Part shown: positions 55,082-64,000 of the stretch, one piece after another
Layout of the letters: each line of letters starts with the position of its first letter
How positions within the stretch are numbered: the first letter of the stretch is position 1
Source: Flavobacteriales bacterium
Lineage (GTDB): Bacteria; Bacteroidota; Bacteroidia; UBA10329
Assembly (NCBI GenBank): GCA_021741075.1
Contig: JAIOYO010000004.1
Span: 23,908-87,907, forward strand
Direction of reading: 5' to 3'
DNA length: 64,000 bases
The notes under the pieces: model-generated
The model's database searches: none
What the model saw: only the letters and a program-made list of their open reading frames with translations
What the model was told of the DNA's origin: nothing
Made by a program: the position numbers and the translations under genes

Positions 55082-55218
55082 ACTTTTGCACCCGCTTAAA
55101 ACGGTTATTGTCTGCCAATTTGTCCCAAGTTGGGCTAAGGCAGATTATTTGATAGGGGCAGCAGGTTAACGGTAACGTCATAAATTGGAAATCTGTAATA
55201 GGAAAAACGAAATTCGAA

Positions 55219-55776
55219 ATGGGAAGTAAGAAGGAAGAAGAGTTGAACGCTGAGTGGCCGACAGACGCGGTGGAAAACGAGAGCACAGACAATCAGGCTG
55301 GAGCTGAAGGAACGTTAGAGAAAACCGACCCGCTCGAAGTATTGCAAGAAGATTACAAAGCGCTGAACGATAAATACTTGAGACTGTATTCTGATTTTGA
55401 GAATTTTAGGAAGCGAACTACCAAAGAGCGCATCGATTTATTGAAGTCGGGAGGGGAAGATATTTTCAAATTGCTTCTACCGATAATCGATGATTTTGAG
55501 CGTGCACGTGCCAACATGGAAATGGCCACGGATGTGCCAAGTGTGAAGGAAGGCGTGGAGCTTATTTATCATAAAATGGTGAAGGAATTGGGCAACAAAG
55601 GACTGAAGCCAATGGAAACCAAAGGCGAAGTGTTTGACTCCGAAATTCATGAGGCCATTACTCAATTTCCTGCACCAACGGAAGATATGAAAGGGAAAGT
55701 GGTTGATGAATTGGAAAAAGGATATTACCTGAACGATAAAGTGATACGGTTTGCCAAAGTGGTGGTAGGCTCGTAA
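55219..55776 (+). CDS. grpE: nucleotide exchange factor GrpE
   Basis: [15 protein letters not shown] and the C-terminal FDSEIHEAI...[13 protein letters not shown]. Confidence 0.9.
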   Translation: MGSKKEEELNAEWPTDAVENESTDNQAGAEGTLEKTDPLEVLQEDYKALNDKYLRLYSDFENFRKRTTKERIDLLKSGGEDIFKLLLPIIDDFERARANMEMATDVPSVKEGVELIYHKMVKELGNKGLKPMETKGEVFDSEIHEAITQFPAPTEDMKGKVVDELEKGYYLNDKVIRFAKVVVGS

Positions 55777-55786
55777 GAACAGAAAT

Positions 55787-56944
55787 ATGGCAAAACGCGA
55801 TTATTACGAAATACTTGGCATTAGCAAGAGTGCTGATGCTGCTGAGATAAAAAAGGCTTATCGCAAGATGGCTGTAAAGTATCATCCTGATAAGAATCCG
55901 GATGATGCTAGCGCTGAAGCGAAGTTTAAGGAAGCTGCCGAGGCATACGAAGTACTAAGCAATGCCGACAAGAAGGCCCGCTACGACCAATACGGCCATG
56001 CTGGAATGGGAGGTGCTGGAGGCTTTGGCGGAGGTGGCTTTGGTGGAGGTGGGATGAGTATGGATGACATCTTTAGCCAGTTCGGAGATATATTCGGAGG
56101 TGGCGGATTTGGTGGTGGCTTCGGTGGTGGAAGCAGAGGCGGAAGACGCGTTAACAAGGGCTCTAACCTTCGTGTTCGTGTCAAGTTGAATTTGGAAGAA
56201 GTTGCCAACGGTGTCACCAAGAAACTGAAGGTGAATAAGTACGTTGGTTGCACAAAATGTACAGGAACCGGTGCGGCAGACGGCAAAATGAACACTTGCC
56301 AAACGTGCGGTGGCCGTGGTCAGGTTACGCGGGTGATGAACACACCTTTAGGTCAGATGCAAACGGCATCTACTTGTCCTTCATGCAGCGGACAAGGACA
56401 GACCATCACTAACAAATGCACAAGTTGCTATGGTGATGGCATTGTGAAAGGCGAAGAGGTAATTGAAGTGAAGATTCCTGCAGGTGTGGGGAACGACATG
56501 CAACTTTCTGTTCGCGGAAAGGGAAATGCAGGTGCCAAAAGTGGTGTTCCGGGCGACTTGATTGTGCTTGTAGAGGAGGAAGAACATCCAGAATTGAAAC
56601 GCGATGGAACAGACCTACACTACGAACTCTACATCAGTTTTGTAGATGCTGCTTTGGGAACTTCGGTTGAGGTTCCTACCATTGAAGGAAAAGCTCGCAT
56701 TAAAGTAGAACCTGGAACGCAGAGCGGAAAGCTTTTGCGCTTGCGTGGAAAGGGACTTCCCGATCTTGATTATGGAAGAAAAGGCGATATCTTGGTTCAC
56801 GCCAACGTTTGGATTCCGAAGAAGTTGAGTAGGGAAGAAAAGGATGCCTTGGAGAAACTGAAAGATTCTGAAAATTTTAGACCTGACCCGGGAAAGAGCG
56901 AAAAGAGTTTCTTTGAAAAGATGAAAGACTATTTTCATAACTAG
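55787..56944 (+). CDS. dnaJ: molecular chaperone DnaJ
   Basis: J domain with HPDKN, G/F-rich linker, four CxxCxGxG zinc motifs. Confidence 0.95.
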   Translation: MAKRDYYEILGISKSADAAEIKKAYRKMAVKYHPDKNPDDASAEAKFKEAAEAYEVLSNADKKARYDQYGHAGMGGAGGFGGGGFGGGGMSMDDIFSQFGDIFGGGGFGGGFGGGSRGGRRVNKGSNLRVRVKLNLEEVANGVTKKLKVNKYVGCTKCTGTGAADGKMNTCQTCGGRGQVTRVMNTPLGQMQTASTCPSCSGQGQTITNKCTSCYGDGIVKGEEVIEVKIPAGVGNDMQLSVRGKGNAGAKSGVPGDLIVLVEEEEHPELKRDGTDLHYELYISFVDAALGTSVEVPTIEGKARIKVEPGTQSGKLLRLRGKGLPDLDYGRKGDILVHANVWIPKKLSREEKDALEKLKDSENFRPDPGKSEKSFFEKMKDYFHN

Positions 56945-56997
56945 TGAATAGTGACCAGCGAATAGTGATTAGAAATTAACGCTAACAACTCAGAATT

Positions 56998-57939
56998 TTG
57001 AACCATCCCATTTTTCGTGCAGAAAATGTAAGCAAGGCTTATGCCGGTCATGTTGCCATCGAAGACATCAGCATCTCCGTTCCCGAAGGTTCCATCTTTG
57101 GTCTTTTAGGCCCAAATGGTGCAGGAAAGACCACCTTTATTCGCATCATCAATCAAATAACTGGTCCAGATACAGGCAAACTTTGGTTCAATGGTGAACG
57201 ATTAGAAGAGAAGCATCTTGGCTTGATTGGTTATTTGCCAGAGGAGCGCGGACTTTACAAGAAAATGAAGGTGGGCGAACAGGCCTTGTATCTGTGCCAA
57301 CTCAAAGGTCTTAGTAAGAAAGAGGCGCTTTCTCGATTGAAATACTGGTTTGAGAAGTTTGGCATTCAGGCGTGGTGGAACAAAAAAGTAGAGGAACTTT
57401 CCAAGGGAATGGCTCAAAAGGTACAGTTCATCGTTACCGTTTTGCACGAACCAAAACTGCTCATTCTGGATGAGCCATTCAGTGGTTTTGACCCCATCAA
57501 TACCAATCTGATTAAATCCGAAATCTTAGAGTTGAAAAAGAAAGGAACAACCATCATTTTTTCTACTCATAACATGGGTTCTGTGGAGGAATTGTGCGAC
57601 CATATTGCTCTCATCAATAATTCTAGAGTTATCTTGGAAGGGGAAGTGAAAGAGGTGAGAAGCCGTTTTCGCACCAATACGTACAACATCGATTTTCAAG
57701 GTTCGATGATGCAATTGAGCGCATCGTTAGGTACATATGGCGAGTTGATTGAGCATGAGCCAGAAGGCGACCACATGGATGCCACAGTACGTTTGGTAAA
57801 TGGCGCAACTACAAATCAATTGCTTGGGAATATTATGCGAACTGTGGAGGTGAAAGGCTTTCACGAAGTGATTCCGAGCATGAACGATATTTTTATTGAG
57901 GCAGTTGAGAGGTACAACCGAGAAAACCTGAAACCATGA
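56998..57939 (+). CDS. ABC transporter ATP-binding protein (ABC-2 type)
   Basis: Walker A GPNGAGKTT, signature LSKGMAQK, Walker B LLILDEPFSG. TTG start. Confidence 0.85.
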   Translation: MNHPIFRAENVSKAYAGHVAIEDISISVPEGSIFGLLGPNGAGKTTFIRIINQITGPDTGKLWFNGERLEEKHLGLIGYLPEERGLYKKMKVGEQALYLCQLKGLSKKEALSRLKYWFEKFGIQAWWNKKVEELSKGMAQKVQFIVTVLHEPKLLILDEPFSGFDPINTNLIKSEILELKKKGTTIIFSTHNMGSVEELCDHIALINNSRVILEGEVKEVRSRFRTNTYNIDFQGSMMQLSASLGTYGELIEHEPEGDHMDATVRLVNGATTNQLLGNIMRTVEVKGFHEVIPSMNDIFIEAVERYNRENLKP

Positions 57940-59276
57940 ATAAGATTGGACTAATAATTCAGCGGGAATACCTAACACGCGTTCGGAAAAAGTCGTTTAT
58001 CGTGATGACAATTTTGGGACCGATTCTAATGGCGGCTCTGATGATTGTTCCCGTTTGGATGGCCATGAATGACGAGGATGAAGCCAATATCTTGGTGATT
58101 GATGACAGTTTTCTGTTCACGGAGCGGATGACCGACACAGAAAATATCCACTTCTTTTTTCCAGAAGTAGGATTAGATAGCGCTAAAAGTCAAATGGTGG
58201 CAAGCGATGATTTTGATGCGGTGCTTTACATTCACAAGAACATCATGTCTAGCCCGAGTGGCATTCAACTCATTTACGACAAACAGCCCGGAATCAGTGT
58301 AATCCGCTACATCGAAAACACGATTGAGAACGACATTGAGAAGTTCAAATTGGCCAAATCGGGCATCGATCAAGCAACGATTGAATCTGCTAAAACCAAC
58401 ATTCGTTTGGTTACAACCAAGCTGGATGAGGTAGGAGCGGAGAGCAAAAGCAACACCGAGCTCAGCATGATTGTAGGCATGTTTAGCGGTATTCTCATTT
58501 ACATGTTCATATTCTTATACGGTGTGCAGGTAATGCGTGGCGTAATTGAGGAAAAGACAAGTCGAATCATCGAAGTAATCATTTCATCTGTCAAACCATT
58601 TGAATTGATGATGGGTAAAATTGTTGGTATTGCGTTGGTCGGTCTTACACAGTTTTTATTGTGGATTGCACTGTCAACCATGTTCGTTTCGGGTGGCAAG
58701 GCATTAATTCAGGACCACTTTGCTAAAGATGCCCCAACGAGCATAGAACAGGCGGTGAATTCTACCGAACAGCTTGTTCCAGAAGGTGAAGAAGCCGTTT
58801 CTGCAGAACTCAATCAAGAGGCAATTGATGAAGTTTTTGCTAGTATGCAGCAGATTGATTTCCCTATAATTCTATTTAGCTTCTTGTTTTATTTCCTTGG
58901 TGGATATTTGATTTATTCGGCACTTTTTGCGGCCGTTGGTTCTGCAGTTGATAATGAGGCAGATTCGCAGCAATTCATGCTACCAATTACAGCACCAATC
59001 ATCTTTTCATTTGTAATGGCGCAAGTGGTCATCAACAATCCAGAAAGCCCTATGTCGTTTTGGCTTTCCATAATTCCGTTCACATCTCCAATTATCATGA
59101 TGGTTCGTATTCCGTTCGGAGTTCCGTATTGGGAATTGGGGCTATCAATGGCGTTGCTTATTATCGGTTTTATTGGCACTACGTGGCTTGCTGGCCGCAT
59201 TTATCGTACTGGAATTTTAATGTATGGTAAGAAAATCAGCTACAAAGAATTGTGGAAGTGGTTGCGGTATCATTGA
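57936..59276 (+). CDS. ABC-2 family permease (NatB/YhaP-like)
   Basis: 446 aa. N-terminal TM helix, large extracytoplasmic loop and a C-terminal TM bundle. 4-nt overlap with the ATPase gene. Confidence 0.75.
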   Translation: MNKIGLIIQREYLTRVRKKSFIVMTILGPILMAALMIVPVWMAMNDEDEANILVIDDSFLFTERMTDTENIHFFFPEVGLDSAKSQMVASDDFDAVLYIHKNIMSSPSGIQLIYDKQPGISVIRYIENTIENDIEKFKLAKSGIDQATIESAKTNIRLVTTKLDEVGAESKSNTELSMIVGMFSGILIYMFIFLYGVQVMRGVIEEKTSRIIEVIISSVKPFELMMGKIVGIALVGLTQFLLWIALSTMFVSGGKALIQDHFAKDAPTSIEQAVNSTEQLVPEGEEAVSAELNQEAIDEVFASMQQIDFPIILFSFLFYFLGGYLIYSALFAAVGSAVDNEADSQQFMLPITAPIIFSFVMAQVVINNPESPMSFWLSIIPFTSPIIMMVRIPFGVPYWELGLSMALLIIGFIGTTWLAGRIYRTGILMYGKKISYKELWKWLRYH

Positions 59277-59303
59277 AACGGCAACCCCTCTGTCCTGCGG
59301 ACA

Positions 59304-59320
59304 TCTCCCCAAAGGGGAGA
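59304..59320. repeat. C/G hairpin TCTCCCC-AAA-GGGGAGA
   Basis: 7-bp perfect stem; same stem sequence as 6567-6583. Confidence 0.7.
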
Positions 59321-59380
59321 AAACTGCTGCGAAGTAAGACTTGGATGGAGTTGAAGCCTATTGTCATCACTCACGGATTT

Positions 59381-59397
59381 CCTCCCCTTTGGGGAGG
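59381..59397. repeat. C/G hairpin CCTCCCC-TTT-GGGGAGG
   Basis: 7-bp perfect stem, 60 nt from the previous hairpin, in the same intergenic region. Confidence 0.7.
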
Positions 59398-59412
59398 TCA
59401 GGAGCAGTTGTT

Positions 59413-60345
59413 ATGCGCGTAGCTGTAATCGACCTCGGAACCAACACGTTCAACCTTCTCATTGTAGATGTGTTGTCTTCTGGCGAGTATCGCTCCGTAT
59501 TCAACACCAAGATTGCTGTCAAGATTGGAGAGGGTGCAATGATTGCTGGAAAGTTGCTCCCCAAACCCATGCAGCGAGCCAAAGATGCGTTGGCCGAATA
59601 CTTAGAAATTATTAGAGAACACAACTGCGAGAAAACCTTGGCTTTTGCCACTTCGGGCATCAGAAGCACATCCAATGGTGCTGATTTTGTGGCTGAGGTA
59701 AAGTCTGAATTCGGTTTGCAAATCAATGTGATTGATGGATTGGAAGAAGCCAGGCTGATTTACGAAGGGGTTGACCTAGCCATTCCGTTTGGAGAAGAAC
59801 CCATGCTAATTATGGACATTGGAGGAGGCAGTACCGAGTTCATTATTGCTGATAAAACGGGTGTGCTATGGATGAAAAGCTATCGCCTAGGTATTTCGCG
59901 CGTGTTACAAATGCTGGAGCCAAGTGACCCCGTGACAGACGCAGACATCCAGAATTTGAACAAGCTTTTTACCGAACAACTTTCTGAATTAATTCAGAAG
60001 TCGCAAGAATTTCAGGTGAAAACCTTGATTGGGTCATCTGGGAGTTTCGATAGTTTTATTGAAATGATTTGGGCGAAAAACGGAAGTACGCAATTGGCAA
60101 GTTCCGTCATTCGCGAAGAGTTCAATTTAGACGAATTGAAGTCGCTTCACAACAAGCTTATTACTTGTAATTATGAATTGCGTAAGACAACACCAGGCTT
60201 AATTGAAATGAGGGTAGATACCATTCATCTAGCGTCTTATATGGTGCAATGGGTATTGAGCCAGTGCAAATTGGAAAGGTTATTGCTTTCGAGTTATGCA
60301 TTGAAGGAAGGAGTGTTACATCGGGTCATGGACAATCGCATTTAA
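59413..60345 (+). CDS. Ppx/GppA-family phosphatase (exopolyphosphatase-like)
   Basis: MRVAVIDLGTNTFNLLI and DIGGGSTEF. The start is placed at the internal Met; the longer track ORF reads through the hairpin repeats. Confidence 0.8.
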   Translation: MRVAVIDLGTNTFNLLIVDVLSSGEYRSVFNTKIAVKIGEGAMIAGKLLPKPMQRAKDALAEYLEIIREHNCEKTLAFATSGIRSTSNGADFVAEVKSEFGLQINVIDGLEEARLIYEGVDLAIPFGEEPMLIMDIGGGSTEFIIADKTGVLWMKSYRLGISRVLQMLEPSDPVTDADIQNLNKLFTEQLSELIQKSQEFQVKTLIGSSGSFDSFIEMIWAKNGSTQLASSVIREEFNLDELKSLHNKLITCNYELRKTTPGLIEMRVDTIHLASYMVQWVLSQCKLERLLLSSYALKEGVLHRVMDNRI

Positions 60346-60443
60346 GCGAAGATCTAAGCACGAAAAACCTAAATTCGAAACTTGTTGAATTGGTAAGTGG
60401 ATTTTCTCTAAAACCTCATACCTAAAACCTCATACCTAAAGAA

Positions 60444-61601
60444 ATGGCTAAGATTCTGATAATTGATGACGAGAGAAGTATTCGCAACGCGATTCGCGAA
60501 ATACTTGAATACGAGAAATTTCAGGTAGATGAGGCCGAGGATGGTCTTTCGGGTGTGGTGAAAGTGAAGAGCGGAAAGTATGACGTCATTCTTTGCGATA
60601 TCAAAATGCCGAAAATGGATGGCAATGAGGTGCTTGAACGCATTATGCTTTTAGCGCCAGACACTCCCGTGGTGATGATTTCGGGTCATGGCGATATTGA
60701 AACAGCCGTTGATTTGTTAAAGCATGGCGCATACGATTACATCCCGAAGCCACTTGATTTAAATCGATTATTGGTTTCAGTTCGTAATGCGCTGGATAGA
60801 ACTGAGATTGTTGCTGAGACAAAGAAATTGCGCAAGAAAGTCAGCAAGAATTACGAAATGATCGGTGAGTCTGACGGCATCAAGAAGGTGCTAGATATGA
60901 TTGAAAAAGTTGCTCCTACCGATGCACGAGTGCTTGTGACTGGTCCGAATGGAACAGGAAAAGAGCTGGTTGCAAGAGCCATTCATGAAAAAAGTGAGCG
61001 TTCGGATAATGCCTTAGTGGAGGTGAACTGTGCGGCAATTCCATCTGAATTGATAGAGAGCGAACTTTTCGGTCATGAGAAAGGTGCGTTCACATCAGCC
61101 ATCAAACAGAAGAAGGGAAACTTTGAAACAGCCACAGGTGGTACACTTTTCTTAGATGAAATTGGCGATATGAGCCTATCCGCACAAGCGAAAGTGCTAC
61201 GCGCGCTTCAAGAGAATAAAATCACACGAGTAGGAGGAGAAAAGGAAATTGTGATTGACGTTCGTGTGATTGCGGCAACGAATAAAGACCTTAGGAAGGA
61301 GATTGAAGCTGGGAATTTCAGAGAGGATTTGTATCACCGATTAGGTGTAATTCTAATCCAAGTTCCAGCATTGAACGATAGGAGGGATGATGTTCCTTTA
61401 TTGACCGAACATTTTCTCGCAATGATCTGTGATGAGCAAGGGATTGCCAAGAAAAACGTAGAGGCAGATGCTATGAAGGAACTTCAGGAATACAACTGGA
61501 CAGGAAATATCCGTGAACTTCGTAACGTAGTCGAACGCTTGGTCATTCTTTCTGGAAAAACCATTACTAAGAAGGACGTTGAGCAATTCGTTAAACTGTA
61601 A
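60444..61601 (+). CDS. sigma-54-dependent response regulator (REC + AAA+), no C-terminal HTH
   Basis: REC (ILIIDDE...DVILCDIKMP), Walker A GPNGTGKE, GAFT loop EKGAFTSA, NIRELRNVVER. It ends about 25 aa later. Confidence 0.85.
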   Translation: MAKILIIDDERSIRNAIREILEYEKFQVDEAEDGLSGVVKVKSGKYDVILCDIKMPKMDGNEVLERIMLLAPDTPVVMISGHGDIETAVDLLKHGAYDYIPKPLDLNRLLVSVRNALDRTEIVAETKKLRKKVSKNYEMIGESDGIKKVLDMIEKVAPTDARVLVTGPNGTGKELVARAIHEKSERSDNALVEVNCAAIPSELIESELFGHEKGAFTSAIKQKKGNFETATGGTLFLDEIGDMSLSAQAKVLRALQENKITRVGGEKEIVIDVRVIAATNKDLRKEIEAGNFREDLYHRLGVILIQVPALNDRRDDVPLLTEHFLAMICDEQGIAKKNVEADAMKELQEYNWTGNIRELRNVVERLVILSGKTITKKDVEQFVKL

Positions 61602-61604
61602 AAT

Positions 61605-62936
61605 CTAGAATAGCTTCCAGGTTTTGGCGGCTTGATTGCTCGTAAGTCGCAACAGTTTTAAACCTACGTAATTTGGCTCTTCAATGGTAATGCTGTTGTT
61701 GGCGGTCATTGTTGAAACAGCGATGCTGGCTACCAATTTTCCCGAAAGGTCAAACCATTCCAGTACTACATTATCAAGTTTATCGCGGCTCTTTAGTTGA
61801 ATTCTTTCACCATAAGTGGATAGGTTTATCTCTCGTTCAACGCCCCCCGTTATTTGCACCACAATTTCGTTCGAAAGCGTAGGGCAATTACCTAAAGTGG
61901 TAGTGCCAACCTGGTATGTTCCAGATTGAGCGTATACATGCGTTTGCGCATTCTCGTTAGGGACTTCGCTTCCGTTCAAATACCATTGATAGTTCGATTG
62001 TTGGTCGCTTTCTAACGTTCCGTTGTTGTCAGAAATAACAGGTGCATCGTTCACACAATCAGAATTGATGGTTCCTAAATCGGTTTCAGTTGATAAAGCG
62101 GTTAAATAATCATCCCAAGCATCACAATCATCCTTCAAAAAGTAATCGAACCACGGATGGCAAACCGCATAGCTCACAGCCTGTTGATCTGCAGCTGAGA
62201 GGCTTCCGGGAATAAATTCTCCGACTGTGCACAGACCGGGATTTGAGGCGAAGCGGCAATGCGAACCATCTTGAATATTCACGAAATACTTGCAAGCCGA
62301 ACCAACACCATTATAGATGGGAATATGGTGGTCTGCTGGTGGGGTCACGCCATCGGAAGTTCCAGATAAAACCATCGTAGGAGCAGAAACATTCGCAGCC
62401 GCAGAAACTGCAGAAGGATTTGTTTCGGCAGGAGCTAGACCTACAATGCAATCGACTCCCGCAAAGCCCGATGCTGCCAAAAAAGCCGATCCACCACCCA
62501 TGCTGTGCCCCATCATTGCTGTTCGGTTTGAAACACGTTGATAAAATGGAGAAGAACTATTCTGACCTTCTGCTTGCATCTGATTTGCTAAAAAACGTAT
62601 ATCGAGTCCAAAGGCTTCGTGACTAGGGCTGAACGATGTTTCAGTTCCGGGAAAAATCATAATGTACCCATCTGGAACAAACTCATCTTTCCAATTCGGA
62701 TATGCGGTAGGTTGCATGGTAAAACCATGTCCGAAAATGATGATAGGAAATTCTCCAGTGGCAACAACAGCATTATTGCCAGCAGAAACTCCGGGGTAAT
62801 ACACTTCGCATTGAATAGCGCGGTTATTTCGAGCCGGGTCGTTGAAGGTAATCGTTCGATTTCCTATCGGAAACTGACCGAATGCATTGGACCAAGCAGC
62901 TAAAAAAAGAATTAGGAGTAGTTTTTTCATTTTCAT
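61605..62936 (-). CDS. secreted cutinase/polyesterase-like alpha/beta hydrolase with a T9SS type-A CTD
   Basis: MMGHSMGGGSAF (Ser), LSGTSDGVTP (Asp) and QDGSHCRF (His) are co-linear with actinobacterial cutinase / PET-hydrolase-like enzymes. The C-terminus ...VLEWFDLSGKLV...LKLLRLTS...KTWKLF is CTD-like. Confidence 0.7.
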   Translation of the reverse strand: MKMKKLLLILFLAAWSNAFGQFPIGNRTITFNDPARNNRAIQCEVYYPGVSAGNNAVVATGEFPIIIFGHGFTMQPTAYPNWKDEFVPDGYIMIFPGTETSFSPSHEAFGLDIRFLANQMQAEGQNSSSPFYQRVSNRTAMMGHSMGGGSAFLAASGFAGVDCIVGLAPAETNPSAVSAAANVSAPTMVLSGTSDGVTPPADHHIPIYNGVGSACKYFVNIQDGSHCRFASNPGLCTVGEFIPGSLSAADQQAVSYAVCHPWFDYFLKDDCDAWDDYLTALSTETDLGTINSDCVNDAPVISDNNGTLESDQQSNYQWYLNGSEVPNENAQTHVYAQSGTYQVGTTTLGNCPTLSNEIVVQITGGVEREINLSTYGERIQLKSRDKLDNVVLEWFDLSGKLVASIAVSTMTANNSITIEEPNYVGLKLLRLTSNQAAKTWKLF

Positions 62937-62980
62937 ACAAATCGAATCTGAACCTAAACAAATAAAGTCAACTTTGTTTC

Positions 62981-63955
62981 ATGAAGTATTTTTTTTATCT
63001 GGTATTTAGCGCTGGTTTGACTGTTGCTGCTTTTGCTCAAGCACCAATTGAGCGGATTGCTTTCGGTTCATGCGGACATCAAATTGGTGAGCAGTTCATT
63101 TGGAATTCTGTAATTGCTATGAATCCAGAATTGTGGATTTGGTTGGGTGATAATATTTACGCTGATACCGAAGACATGGAAGTTCTACGGAGGAAGTATC
63201 AGCAGCTTGGAGATAATTACAATTATCAATTGTTAAAGGAAAAATGCCCAATTATTGCTACATGGGACGACCATGATTATGGGGTGAATGACGGGGGAAA
63301 GGAGTACCCGAAAAAGGCGGAAAGTCAGAAGGTTTTCTTAGAATTTTTTCAAGAGCCAAGTGGAAGCCCCAGATGGAATCAGGAAGGAATTTACACCAGC
63401 TATGAATATGGTGTAGATGATAATCGCGTAAAAATAATTCTGCTTGATCAGCGCTTTCATCGAGATAAGCCAGACACAGATGGTGATGTTTTGGGCGAAG
63501 CGCAATGGCTTTGGTTGGAGAATGAATTTAGAAATTCAACGGCAAAGGTGGTGCTGGTTGGTTCTAGCTACCAGTTCGTTTCAGATCAACATCCGTTTGA
63601 AACGTGGGGGCACTTTCCAACCGCTCGTGAGCGAATGTTGAAGTTGATTAAAGATACAGGCGTGAAAGGTGTAATCTTCATTTCGGGCGACCGGCATTTT
63701 GCAGAGATATCCAAGTTGAAACGGGATGATTTGGCCTACCCAATTCATGATTACATGTGCAGTGGTCTAACACATGCCAATAATGTGATGATTGAAAAGA
63801 ACCCGCATAGGATGCGAGGTAAAACGTACTACCACCGCAATTTTGGGATGATTCTATTCGATTGGGAGAAGCAATCAGTCACACTTCAAAATCGAAAGGT
63901 GAATCAGAAGGTGAGTTTTGAGTTGGAGATTCCGTTTTCGGAGTTGGGGTGGTAA
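62981..63955 (+). CDS. PhoD-like metallophosphatase (alkaline phosphatase D family)
   Basis: Signal peptide. WIWLGDNIYAD, TWDDHDYG, ISGDRHFAE. Confidence 0.7.
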   Translation: MKYFFYLVFSAGLTVAAFAQAPIERIAFGSCGHQIGEQFIWNSVIAMNPELWIWLGDNIYADTEDMEVLRRKYQQLGDNYNYQLLKEKCPIIATWDDHDYGVNDGGKEYPKKAESQKVFLEFFQEPSGSPRWNQEGIYTSYEYGVDDNRVKIILLDQRFHRDKPDTDGDVLGEAQWLWLENEFRNSTAKVVLVGSSYQFVSDQHPFETWGHFPTARERMLKLIKDTGVKGVIFISGDRHFAEISKLKRDDLAYPIHDYMCSGLTHANNVMIEKNPHRMRGKTYYHRNFGMILFDWEKQSVTLQNRKVNQKVSFELEIPFSELGW

Positions 63956-64000
63956 CCGTTAAATTAAATTATGGTCGAACATAACGGCACGCTTTTGGTT

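Noticed and set aside
55082-55218. Expected heat-shock operator (CIRCE, TTAGCACTC-N9-GAGTGCTAA) upstream of grpE-dnaJ
   Set aside because: No sequence resembling CIRCE is present in the 137-nt upstream region, and I could not define any other operator with confidence.

Overview
This 64-kb window reads as chromosomal DNA from a Bacteroidota (Flavobacteriia-like) genome. Evidence for that: five proteins end in T9SS C-terminal sorting domains, several genes have TAnnTTTG -7 boxes, DUF4290 precedes murA, transketolase is split into two genes, and a bacterial GGGP-synthase homologue is present. I found no rRNA, tRNA, CRISPR array, transposase or integrase.

Housekeeping genes:
- ECF sigma plus a putative anti-sigma factor, and split transketolase
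- ychF, dtd, atpDC, ribF, ogt, ahcY, murA, grpE-dnaJ
- an ABC-2 pair, a Ppx/GppA-family protein, and an orphan sigma-54 response regulator

Accessory blocks:
- A minus-strand cluster at 12.8-22.5 kb. It encodes a giant CUB-like/Ig/PKD adhesin with a type-B T9SS sorting domain, lipoproteins, a Tat-exported DUF1501-like protein and a PSCyt-like C-x4-CH lipoprotein.
- A plus-strand six-gene operon at 23.1-28.3 kb. Five of its products have signal peptides and none has a recognisable function. A 252-bp tandem-repeat array lies upstream and a G9 tract lies inside it.
- A TPP riboswitch controlling a TonB-dependent receptor (36.6 kb), and a GGGPS/DUF77-like/PnuC/NadR-like-kinase operon (39.6-41.7 kb).
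- Three consecutive T9SS cargo genes at 41.9-50.8 kb. Two are giant glycine-rich beta-helix/PKD paralogues.

Small non-coding repeat families, read by eye:
- CACAGAG-type inverted repeats bracketing a GxxExxY nuclease gene, plus a decayed copy elsewhere
- a ~78-bp palindromic MITE-like element (two copies)
- C/G hairpins and ATTAG-rich 3' flanks

Best candidates for an undescribed system, in order:
1. the 23.1-28.3 kb exported-protein operon together with its repeat array
2. the Gly-rich T9SS trio
3. the DUF1501-like/PSCyt-like lipoprotein cluster

All family assignments come from motifs read in the supplied translations. No database search was run.
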